DNA from: an uncultured Flavobacteriales bacterium
Lineage (GTDB): Bacteria; Bacteroidota; Bacteroidia; Flavobacteriales; Schleiferiaceae
Direction: 5' to 3'
Length of the DNA stretch: 33,263 nt
Assembly: GCA_903821715.1 (NCBI GenBank)
Contig: CAIJMB010000004.1
Location: forward strand, 1 to 33,263
Each line of letters begins with the position of its first letter. Position 1 is the first letter of the stretch. Position numbers and translations under genes: made by a program. Under the pieces are notes generated by a model that saw only the letters and a program-made list of their open reading frames with translations, was not told the DNA's origin and made no database searches. Shown in pieces: positions 25,556 through 33,263 of the stretch.

Positions 25556-26538
25556 AGCAAATCTTTGAGGTGGTCAAGGCCCTGGCCCGTGACACTACTA
25601 AATGTGGTCAGCGGCAGATCCTTGGGGAGGCGCGGACGCACCCCATCCAGCAATTGGCCGAGCAGCTCTTCATCGAGCATGTCGGTCTTTGAAATGGCCA
25701 GTACGCGGCGCTTCGTGAGCAGTTCAGGGTTGAATCGCTCTAACTCTCCAAGCAGAATGTGGTACTGCTCGACGACGTCGGGAGCATCACACGGAACCAA
25801 GAACAGCAGGAGAGCGTTCCGTTCGATGTGCTTGAGGAATCGGTGGCCGAGTCCACGCCCTTCGGCGGCGCCTTCGATCAAACCCGGAATGTCAGCCATC
25901 ACAAACGACGTGAAGTCGCGGTGGGCAACGACACCGAGGTTGGGCACGAGGGTCGTAAACGGGTAGTCGGCGATCTCAGGCTTGGCGGCACTCACAGCGC
26001 TGAGCAGGGTGGATTTACCTGCGTTCGGGAATCCGACCAGACCTACGTCCGCAAGGACCTTGAGCTCGAGAAGGAACCAGCCTTCGCGGCCTTCTTCACC
26101 GGGCTGGGCGTGTTCGGGGGCTTGGTTGACGGAATTTTTAAAGAATGCGTTTCCTCGGCCACCACGGCCGCCGGGTAGGAAGACGCGGCGTTCGCCAGGC
26201 TGGGTAAGTTCGCAGAGCACTTCAAGGGTTTCGGCATCTTTGACGACGGTTCCAATCGGAACCTGCAGGACGATGTCCTCTCCGCTTGCACCGATGCGCA
26301 GATTGCGGTTGCCGTTGACGCCAGGTTCTGCCTTGATGTGCTTTCGGTACTTGAGGTGAATTAATGTCCACATTTGCGGATTCGCCTCTAAAATGATGTG
26401 CCCACCGCGGCCACCGTCACCCCCGTCCGGACCTCCTTTGGGTAGGCCCTTGGCACGAAAGAAGTGACGGCTTCCCCCGCCCCCGTGGCCGGACTGCAAG
26501 AAGACCTTGACGTAGTCAATAAAATTAGAATCTGCCAC
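25525..26538 (-). CDS. obgE: GTPase ObgE/CgtA
   Basis: FIDYVK, GGPDGGDGGRGG, GFPNAGKST, DYPFTT, DIPG. Confidence 0.96.
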   Translation of the reverse strand: MADSNFIDYVKVFLQSGHGGGGSRHFFRAKGLPKGGPDGGDGGRGGHIILEANPQMWTLIHLKYRKHIKAEPGVNGNRNLRIGASGEDIVLQVPIGTVVKDAETLEVLCELTQPGERRVFLPGGRGGRGNAFFKNSVNQAPEHAQPGEEGREGWFLLELKVLADVGLVGFPNAGKSTLLSAVSAAKPEIADYPFTTLVPNLGVVAHRDFTSFVMADIPGLIEGAAEGRGLGHRFLKHIERNALLLFLVPCDAPDVVEQYHILLGELERFNPELLTKRRVLAISKTDMLDEELLGQLLDGVRPRLPKDLPLTTFSSVTGQGLDHLKDLLWDSLNRSID

Positions 26539-26549
26539 GGGTACGTATG

Positions 26550-27122
26550 TTAAAGAGATTGAATAAGGCGGCGCAGTTCGTCCGTAATGGACTCTATACT
26601 GCCCACCCCATTGAGGCCCCGGTACTTTCCTTGGGCCTCGTAGTAGGACTGAACCGGCGCGGTTTCGCGGGTGTACACCGCAAGACGCTGGCGAATCACC
26701 TCTTCGTTGGCGTCGTCAGCACGGCCCGAAGTTGCACCTCGTGCCAAGAGACGAGTGACAAGTTCTTCGTCGTCGACTTCAAGGCCGATCATCGCAGTGA
26801 CACCGGTCCCGGCATCCGCAAGGATCTCGTCAAGGGCCGCGGCCTGCGCCGAAGTGCGTGGGAATCCGTCAAATATGAACCCGGCCGCATCAGGATGCTT
26901 GGTCCATTCATCCTTGAGCATGGCAATGGTAACGTCGTCCGGAACCAATTGACCCTGGTCCATAAAGGACTTAGCCCATCGGCCTAACTCGGTCGCCTCG
27001 CGAATGTTGCGGCGAAAAATGTCACCCGTCGAAAGGTGAACCAAAGCAAATTCATCGACGAGTAGGGCGCTTTGTGTGCCTTTTCCTGCCCCCGGAGGGC
27101 CGAAGAGTACAATGTTTTTCAT
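26550..27122 (-). CDS. adk: Adenylate kinase (short-LID form)
   Basis: Start MKNIVLF at 27122; GPPGAGKGTQ, HLSTGD.FR, G.LVPD, DGFPR, R.DD. Confidence 0.95.
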   Translation of the reverse strand: MKNIVLFGPPGAGKGTQSALLVDEFALVHLSTGDIFRRNIREATELGRWAKSFMDQGQLVPDDVTIAMLKDEWTKHPDAAGFIFDGFPRTSAQAAALDEILADAGTGVTAMIGLEVDDEELVTRLLARGATSGRADDANEEVIRQRLAVYTRETAPVQSYYEAQGKYRGLNGVGSIESITDELRRLIQSL

Positions 27123-27160
27123 GCGGATGGTGCGTAAATGACCGAAAACGGACAAGGCGG

Positions 27161-27168
27161 CAAAGGTA
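27161..27168 (-). promoter_or_regulatory. -7 box (TACCTTTG) for the adk-obgE-PAP2-crcB operon
   Basis: Perfect TAnnTTTG in the divergent intergenic region. Confidence 0.65.
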
Positions 27169-27186
27169 CGACCTTAGGGACTTCCC

Positions 27187-27194
27187 TACCTTTG
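27187..27194 (+). promoter_or_regulatory. -7 box (TACCTTTG) for manC
   Basis: Perfect TAnnTTTG, 19 nt upstream of the ATG at 27214. Confidence 0.65.
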
Positions 27195-27213
27195 CGGCCT
27201 AACCCACTGGGCT

Positions 27214-28299
27214 ATGGAACACAATTATGCAGTGATTATGGCGGGCGGCGTCGGTTCGCGATTCTGGCCTACCTCGACTTCGCGAACGCCCAAGCAGTTT
27301 CTCGATATTCTTGGAACGGGCGAAACCCTGCTTCAGCAGACGTTCCGCCGCATGAAGTCCGTCGTTCCGGCCGACCATATATATGTGGTGACGCACGTGG
27401 ATTATGCCGATACCTGCTTGGTACAGCTCCCCGAACTCGACCGCCAGCGAATTTTGGCCGAACCCGCCCGTCGCAACACGGCTCCCTGTGTCGCTTATGC
27501 CGCGTTTGTGCTCAAAAAACGCGATCCGCTCGCCAACTTTGTCGTCACACCCGCCGACCATTTGGTCACCAATGAAGCGGAATTCACCGCTCGCCTCACC
27601 TCAGCACTAGCCACATCGGGCACCCACAACGTGCTAATGACCCTGGGAATGAACCCCATTCGTCCTGAAACGGGCTATGGGTACATTCAGTTCCGCCCCG
27701 AGAAGTCCACCTATGCCCCCGACGTGCACCCAGTGAAGACGTTTACAGAAAAGCCCAACCGCGAGATGGCCGAGCAGTTCATCGCGACGGGAGAGTTTTT
27801 GTGGAATGCCGGAATTTTTGTGTGGAATTCCAACGCTATTTTGAGTGCCTTCGAAAAGCACATGCCCGAGATGTACGCGGGATTCAGTGCAGGCTGGGAG
27901 CATTTTGGCACGGCCTCAGAGGCAGAATTCATACGTTCGATGTACGGAGAGTGCCCCAACGAGTCGATCGACTACGGAATTCTTGAAAAAGCAAAGCAGG
28001 TTCTTGTAATGCCTGCCGAATTCGGCTGGTCGGACTTGGGCAGCTGGGGTGCGGTTCACGAGCAGCGGGCGGCAGACGTGAACGGAAACACCGGTGCTGG
28101 CAACCACGTACTGTCGTACGACGCAAGCGGAAACACCTACCACATTCCTGAGGACATGGTCGCCGTGGTCGACGGATTACACGACTATATCGTGATTTTG
28201 AGTGAAAACCGTCTTTTGGTGTGTCCTCGCAGCAAAGAGCAAGAAATCAAGCAGTTCGTGCACGATGTCAAGATGCGGCGCGGCGAAGACTTCGTGTAG
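27214..28299 (+). CDS. manC: Mannose-1-phosphate guanylyltransferase (monofunctional)
   Basis: IMAGG.GSRFWP, PKQFL, EP.RRNTAP, P.DH, PETGYGYI, F.EKP, WNAG.F, SIDY...EK, WSDLGSW; no C-terminal cupin/PMI domain. Confidence 0.92.
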   Translation: MEHNYAVIMAGGVGSRFWPTSTSRTPKQFLDILGTGETLLQQTFRRMKSVVPADHIYVVTHVDYADTCLVQLPELDRQRILAEPARRNTAPCVAYAAFVLKKRDPLANFVVTPADHLVTNEAEFTARLTSALATSGTHNVLMTLGMNPIRPETGYGYIQFRPEKSTYAPDVHPVKTFTEKPNREMAEQFIATGEFLWNAGIFVWNSNAILSAFEKHMPEMYAGFSAGWEHFGTASEAEFIRSMYGECPNESIDYGILEKAKQVLVMPAEFGWSDLGSWGAVHEQRAADVNGNTGAGNHVLSYDASGNTYHIPEDMVAVVDGLHDYIVILSENRLLVCPRSKEQEIKQFVHDVKMRRGEDFV

Positions 28300-28317
28300 T
28301 TCGCAACCTAAGTTTAC

Positions 28318-28346
28318 AAAAAAAGGCGCCCGATGGGCGCCTTTTG
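28318..28346. terminator. Bidirectional intrinsic terminator
   Basis: AAAAGGCGCCC-GAT-GGGCGCCTTTT with A and T tracts on either side, between convergent genes. Confidence 0.85.
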
Positions 28347-28365
28347 TGTTGCTTTGGTGAGAAGT

Positions 28366-28527
28366 CTAGCGCTTCGCCCCCTCGAGCCACTTGTAGATGC
28401 GCTCGGGCATTACGCGCTCCAAACCAATCAAGGTCAGCCAGTACCCTACGAACAGGGCGAGGAATACGAGCATGCTGAACCCGGTCAGAATGATCATGAT
28501 GGCGAGGAGGAATCCGAGGAATTTCAT
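28366..28527 (-). CDS. Small hydrophobic membrane protein (53 aa)
   Basis: MKFLGFLLAIMIILTGFSMLVFLALFVGYWLTLIGLERVMPERIYKWLEGAKR, flanked by its own -7 box and terminator. Confidence 0.75.
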   Translation of the reverse strand: MKFLGFLLAIMIILTGFSMLVFLALFVGYWLTLIGLERVMPERIYKWLEGAKR

Positions 28528-28567
28528 AGTGCGCTGCGTTGAAGGGTACGTTGAATTCGTAGTGGGG

Positions 28568-28575
28568 CAAAGATA
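28568..28575 (-). promoter_or_regulatory. -7 box (TATCTTTG) for the 53-aa protein
   Basis: Perfect TAnnTTTG, 40 nt upstream of the ATG. Confidence 0.6.
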
Positions 28576-28613
28576 AGTGACACTGAGCAATTCTTTGCGC
28601 CCCGTGTCGGGTG

Positions 28614-28621
28614 TAATTTTG
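28614..28621 (+). promoter_or_regulatory. -7 box (TAATTTTG) for fumC
   Basis: Perfect TAnnTTTG ending 4 nt before the ATG at 28626. Confidence 0.65.
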
Positions 28622-28625
28622 CCCC

Positions 28626-30023
28626 ATGAGCACACAAACCCGCATTGAACGCGACACGATGGGCGAAGTCCACGTTCCCGCAACCGCCTACTGGGGCGCC
28701 CAGACCGAGCGCTCGCGTACCAACTTTAAAATCGGCCCTGAAGGCAGCATGCCCAAAGAGATCGTGCACGCCTTTGCCTACCTCAAAAAAGCGGCGGCTT
28801 TGACCAACCGCGACTTGGGCGTGCTATCCGCCGAAAAGGCCGAACTCATTGGCAACGTCTGCGACGAAATCCTCACGGGCCAGCACGACGCTGAGTTTCC
28901 GCTGGTCATTTGGCAGACCGGTTCTGGGACCCAAAGCAACATGAACGTCAACGAGGTCATTGCCTACCGCGGCCACGTGCTGAGCGGCGGCAGCCTGCAG
29001 GACGCGAACAAGGTGCTCCACCCCAACGACGACGTGAACAAGTCGCAGTCCTCGAACGACACCTTCCCCACGGCGATGCACATTGCCGCCTACCTTCAGA
29101 CGGTGCGCACGACGGTTCCCGGAATCCGCCTCCTGCGCGACGCCTTGGCTGCCAAAGCGGACGCATTCAAAAATGTAGTCAAGACCGGCCGCACCCACTT
29201 TATGGACGCCACTCCCCTGACCCTTGGCCAGGAGTTCAGCGGCTACGTGCAGCAGCTCGACAACGGAATCCGCGCCATCGACAACGCGCTCGAAATGGTC
29301 GCTGAGTTGGCCTTGGGCGGAACCGCCGTCGGTACCGGCCTCAACACACCCAAGGGATACGACGTGGCCGTGGCCGCAAACATTGCCGAGCTTACGGGAA
29401 TGCCGTTCAAAACAGCTCCGAATAAGTTCGAAGCCTTGGCCGCGCACGACGCCATGGTCGAGCTCAGTGGGGCGTTCAAGCGCGTTGCGGTTTCGCTCAT
29501 GAAGATTGGGAATGACGTGCGCATGCTGTCTTCGGGTCCACGTTCAGGTATTGGAGAAATCATTATTCCTGACAACGAGCCTGGCTCAAGCATCATGCCC
29601 GGAAAGGTCAACCCGACCCAGCCCGAGGCCCTCACGATGGTCGCAGCTCAGGTGATCGGGAACGACGTGGCCGTTTCGCTCGGCGGAGCCACCGGACACT
29701 TTGAGCTCAACGTGTTCAAACCATTGATTGCTGCCAACGTGCTGCAGAGCGCGCGCCTCATCGGCGACGCCTGCGTGTCGTTCACCGACAAGTGCGCCGC
29801 CGGAATTGAGCCCAACTACCCCATCATTCAGCGCCATTTAGAGAATTCGCTAATGCTGGTCACCGCACTCAACACCCACATCGGGTACGACAAGGCGGCC
29901 AAAATCGCCAAAACGGCCCACGCCGAGGGAAGCACGCTCAAAGAGGCAGCCCTTAAGCTGGGCTATGTCACGGCTGAAGAGTTTGACGCTTGGGTTCGCC
30001 CCGAAGACATGGTCGGACACTAA
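28626..30023 (+). CDS. fumC: Fumarate hydratase, class II
   Basis: [59 protein letters not shown]. Confidence 0.97.
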   Translation: MSTQTRIERDTMGEVHVPATAYWGAQTERSRTNFKIGPEGSMPKEIVHAFAYLKKAAALTNRDLGVLSAEKAELIGNVCDEILTGQHDAEFPLVIWQTGSGTQSNMNVNEVIAYRGHVLSGGSLQDANKVLHPNDDVNKSQSSNDTFPTAMHIAAYLQTVRTTVPGIRLLRDALAAKADAFKNVVKTGRTHFMDATPLTLGQEFSGYVQQLDNGIRAIDNALEMVAELALGGTAVGTGLNTPKGYDVAVAANIAELTGMPFKTAPNKFEALAAHDAMVELSGAFKRVAVSLMKIGNDVRMLSSGPRSGIGEIIIPDNEPGSSIMPGKVNPTQPEALTMVAAQVIGNDVAVSLGGATGHFELNVFKPLIAANVLQSARLIGDACVSFTDKCAAGIEPNYPIIQRHLENSLMLVTALNTHIGYDKAAKIAKTAHAEGSTLKEAALKLGYVTAEEFDAWVRPEDMVGH

Positions 30024-30044
30024 GCCAGGCAAGCAATTGAATCG

Positions 30045-30070
30045 AGCCACCCGCCTGGGTGGCTTTTTTT
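30045..30070 (+). terminator. Intrinsic terminator after fumC
   Basis: AGCCACCC-GCCT-GGGTGGCT followed by a T run that abuts the stop codon of the convergent gene. Confidence 0.85.
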
Positions 30071-33000
30071 ATTGGTTGAGGGTGACCGCCCCGTGCTGAT
30101 CGCCGGCCGTACCGCACTGGCTTTGCCACGTGAGGTGGTAGAGGTAGACCCCGGGCGAAAGTGCCCGACCTTGGTAGCGACCGTCCCATGCGAATTGGGG
30201 GTCGTTGGTTCGAAAGACCTCTTGACCCCAGCGACTGTACACCACCAGGTTGATCTGGGCGAGGGCGCTGGCCTCGGTTCCGCGCAACTGGAACGCGTCA
30301 TTGATGCCGTCCCCGTTGGGCGTGAATACGTTCGGAACCTGCACACTGTCAAGGTCCGCACCCAAAATTTGATAGGTGACTTGCACGGAATCCTTGATGC
30401 CGCACACTGTGTCCGCCACGACGAACCACGCACTGAGGTTTCCGGCCTGCGTTGCCGGCCATTGAACACTTGGACCTAGAACGATGCCACCGCCGGGAAT
30501 CCGCCAATAGGAATTGGTCGAGTTGCCGCGCTGGCCAAGGCCCCGCACCGGCTGACCGTCCAAGCAGAACGGTGCCGTGACGCTGGCGGTCGGAACCGTG
30601 AGCCCAGGGCGAAACTCCGCCGTAAACTGAAGACTGTCGCGCTGTCCGCAGATGTTATCGTAGGCCACTAACCAGGCTGAGTAGGAATTCACCAATGAGG
30701 TTCCGGACCACGCAAAGGGCGGCACGAGACTGTCTACCGAACCGCTGGCACCGTAGAGCACCAGAACCTCTGCACTGAGATTGGGGCCGGGGCTCAGCGC
30801 AATGCTTCGCGCAGGGTCACATGGATCAAAACTCAGCTGGGCATCTGCTCGCACTGCGGAACCAGGTAGCACCCATAGATTAAGCGTTTGAACCGCTTGG
30901 GTGAGGCAAATGGTATCGAGTGCTGTCACGGTGAGTACATAGGGTCCGGGCACGGCGTAGCTGTGCCCCGGGAGCGGGTTGGGCGGGCCCGTCCAGGTAA
31001 CGCCGTCTCCCCATGCCACGGTGAGGACGTCGGTGCGGCTGGTGGTTCCGGTGAGGTAAAGGCTGTCACCCGCACAAATGGTATCGACGCTGAGGTCGAG
31101 TTGGGCGGCAGCGGCCAAGAGCTCAAAGGCTATTTGCACGCCAGCCATGTTGCAGTTGGGTGAATTGTTCGTCGCAGAGTGGGCGTTGCTCGGAAAAATG
31201 GGTAGGTTGTCGGTTCCGCCGCAGCCCGCACAAATGGCCTGGTGGATCACGCCGTTGGGATCGAAGCGCGAGGTTCCGCCGTCGACATGTTCGTCGGCCC
31301 CATTGCCGCCAAAGTAGCTGGCGTATTCGGGGTTGCCGTGGCGGTCCAGGGCCAAGAAGTAAAAGTCCTTGCCGTCGGTAGTGGACTGGTAGGCATTGGG
31401 GCTAGTGTAGAGATTGGTGATGGTTCCGCCGTTGAGGTTGCCGAACCAGCCCGAGAAGTAGGCGGTTCCGCAGTCGTCCACCTGAAGGGCCGTCGGCGAA
31501 ATGCGCCGGTTGAGTTGGCCGTTGCCTACGTACTGCGTGCGGTAGATGCTATCTCCTTCGGCCTTGATCCAGGTCAGGATTTGCGTTGAGTTGGGATTTT
31601 GCCACAGCCCCGGGGTGGGCGCGAGCGGCCCAACGTAGGGCCCTGAGCCCTGGCACAATGTACCCAAGCCCAGCGAGAGCAACACCGCGCTCGAATCACC
31701 CACAGCGGCATAGGCGCCCGACGGGTTTTGCGCAGTGAGGAATCCGTAGGAATTGCAGTACTGCGGTTCGAGATAGGTCTGACCGAGCAACTGGCCATTG
31801 GACGGATTAAAGAGCGCGTAGTATGCTTCAGCCTGGCCGTTGGGCACCGTGGTTACGCCTGATCCCGAAAGATTCCCCATACCCGAAGTCCAGCCGAGCA
31901 CCGCGAGGCGGTTGCCCGTGGGGCCTGGGGTGGGAATCAGCGATGTCAATCCGTCCAAGTCCGGACCACCGACGTAGGTAGCCCAGCGCAGTGTGTCGAG
32001 GTCAGTGCTAAAGTGCGCAAGAAGTCCGTCGGTGGTTCCGCCCCTAGAGGTATCGAGGGGCCACGTTGCCAATGCACGGGAGCGGGTGGCCGTCGCAATC
32101 CAGATTCCGCCTGCGTCCACCCACAGATCGCCACGCGCCTCGTCACCATAGTGTGGTGTGCTCAAGTCATGAAGCCCATCATAACCGAATCGTCCATAGT
32201 AGGTCGAGGCCTGCAGCGCCGAACCCGTCGGATTGAGTCGAACCAGCACTACATCGGTGGGTGACTGAAATACGACTCCGCCCCCGCCAAGTGTACCTCC
32301 ACCGGGTTGGGACGCCAGCGAGGTGTCGTAGGCCGTCGCAGTCGTCGGAAAATTCAGCGAATTGCTCACCCCCATCACGACGAGGTCTCCGTTGGGGGCC
32401 ACGCGCAGCGAATGCGGCTGCTCTTGAGCGCTTCCGCCGAGGTAGGTCGCCGAAACGACTCCTGTGCCCGTGGGATTGAACAGCATAAGGGCGATGTCGA
32501 CCCCACCCCCGCCAAAGTTGGCCTGAACGCCGTTTGAGGTCGGATACTGTGCACCAAAGGCCACACCGCCCAGCCACGTGCGCCCCTGAAGGTCATAGGT
32601 CGCGGTGTACCCGAAGTTGTCGCTCACGGAACCGCTAAAGCTGCTAAACACGTACGTCGGATCGATGCGCTGGGCACCTGGGGCGTGCAGGGTCCAGCCC
32701 TCAGGAGTTTGCTGCCACTGCACCTTCACTTCGAGTCCTTGGGCGTCAAAGGCCTTGGCTGCCTCCATGCGCGCGGAACCCGCCGCAGTCTCAAGTTCAA
32801 GAACCGGTGGGGTTCGGGGTCCGCGGCGAGCCACTGCGCCCTCAAATCCAATGCGGATGCCGTCGAGGTCTTCGCCGTGCCACCACGTTTTAAGGCGACC
32901 CGACTCAATGCGAAGCTCGAGATCCACCCCCGGGTAGACGTTGCGAATCCATGCCTGCGAAGCGCCGCGGACCGTCACCTCAGCGCCCCGCCCGAGCAGG

Positions 33001-33263
33001 TAAGTGAATGGATGGCTGATAGGTTTGAGGTCCAAGGTTCCGCCCACGGCCCCGAAGTAACGCTCTGTCCATACCGCCACACTGTCGGACTCGCCCGGGA
33101 GCCGGGCAGCGAACCGAAGCCCATCGGGCAGCACCCACACCCGCGCTGCGTCGAGGTTGGCCATCGCCAAAACCTCGCTCGGCCACTGGCCCGCGTTCGG
33201 GATTATGATTGGATCGGGCTTGAACAGCACCTGCCCCGTGAGCGACCCCAAGGCCGCCACGTA
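30069..33263 (-). CDS. Large T9SS cargo: N-terminal beta domain, beta-propeller (SBBP-like) repeats, PKD/Ig domains and type B CTD (5' end probably beyond the window)
   Basis: End of a signal peptide at the window edge, IIPNAGQWP, IDPT.VFSSF.G, repeated (S/A)TY.GG..., EHVDGGTSRFD, C-terminal VPNVFTPNGDGIND.F...SRWG...WDG...GVYLY. Confidence 0.85.
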   Translation of the reverse strand, partial: YVAALGSLTGQVLFKPDPIIIPNAGQWPSEVLAMANLDAARVWVLPDGLRFAARLPGESDSVAVWTERYFGAVGGTLDLKPISHPFTYLLGRGAEVTVRGASQAWIRNVYPGVDLELRIESGRLKTWWHGEDLDGIRIGFEGAVARRGPRTPPVLELETAAGSARMEAAKAFDAQGLEVKVQWQQTPEGWTLHAPGAQRIDPTYVFSSFSGSVSDNFGYTATYDLQGRTWLGGVAFGAQYPTSNGVQANFGGGGVDIALMLFNPTGTGVVSATYLGGSAQEQPHSLRVAPNGDLVVMGVSNSLNFPTTATAYDTSLASQPGGGTLGGGGVVFQSPTDVVLVRLNPTGSALQASTYYGRFGYDGLHDLSTPHYGDEARGDLWVDAGGIWIATATRSRALATWPLDTSRGGTTDGLLAHFSTDLDTLRWATYVGGPDLDGLTSLIPTPGPTGNRLAVLGWTSGMGNLSGSGVTTVPNGQAEAYYALFNPSNGQLLGQTYLEPQYCNSYGFLTAQNPSGAYAAVGDSSAVLLSLGLGTLCQGSGPYVGPLAPTPGLWQNPNSTQILTWIKAEGDSIYRTQYVGNGQLNRRISPTALQVDDCGTAYFSGWFGNLNGGTITNLYTSPNAYQSTTDGKDFYFLALDRHGNPEYASYFGGNGADEHVDGGTSRFDPNGVIHQAICAGCGGTDNLPIFPSNAHSATNNSPNCNMAGVQIAFELLAAAAQLDLSVDTICAGDSLYLTGTTSRTDVLTVAWGDGVTWTGPPNPLPGHSYAVPGPYVLTVTALDTICLTQAVQTLNLWVLPGSAVRADAQLSFDPCDPARSIALSPGPNLSAEVLVLYGASGSVDSLVPPFAWSGTSLVNSYSAWLVAYDNICGQRDSLQFTAEFRPGLTVPTASVTAPFCLDGQPVRGLGQRGNSTNSYWRIPGGGIVLGPSVQWPATQAGNLSAWFVVADTVCGIKDSVQVTYQILGADLDSVQVPNVFTPNGDGINDAFQLRGTEASALAQINLVVYSRWGQEVFRTNDPQFAWDGRYQGRALSPGVYLYHLTWQSQCGTAGDQHGAVTLNQ

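Noticed and set aside
25525..27122. Short ObgE without a C-terminal domain and short-LID Adk as truncations
   Set aside because: Both are ordinary forms in this phylum, and the catalytic motifs are intact.
19461..27195. GCAAAGGTA/TACCTTTGC repeats as transposon ends or CRISPR repeats
   Set aside because: They are explained as -7 promoter boxes; there is no transposase, regular spacing or cas gene.
28824..29837. Long antisense and alternate-frame ORFs over fumC (also over purH, mrdA, mvaA, obgE and adk)
   Set aside because: These are expected shadows of GC-rich, codon-biased genes, with no motifs or expression signals.

Overview
This is a compact, mostly housekeeping region from a Bacteroidota chromosome, most consistent with Flavobacteriales (TAnnTTTG promoters, T9SS type-B cargo proteins, PorP/SprF, mevalonate genes). 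Order: partial porP/sprF plus a T9SS cargo; dgkA-msrC; MacB/FtsX-type permease; purH-mreBCD-mrdA-rodA; an envelope operon (coaX, FadL-like barrel possibly BamG, TPR protein, lptC, small membrane protein, CNNM/hemolysin protein, ppiD-like PPIase); tRNA-Phe; two small hypotheticals; mvaA, GHMP kinase and a frameshifted PKD/T9SS cargo; adk-obgE-PAP2-crcB; manC; a 53-aa membrane peptide; fumC; and a partial large T9SS cargo. I found no mobile element, CRISPR array, prophage or defence system, and no clear-cut novel system. The best leads are: (1) five genes whose -7 promoter box ends exactly 4 nt before the start codon, implying frequent leaderless mRNAs; (2) a natural Phe-to-Met substitution in the Fluc fluoride-binding Phe box; (3) the uncharacterised barrel and TPR proteins in the envelope-biogenesis operon; (4) a 1-nt frameshift in a surface-protein gene; (5) dense O-glycosylation sequons in the T9SS cargos; (6) a rise in GC across the window. 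All family calls come from motif recognition by eye, not from database searches.
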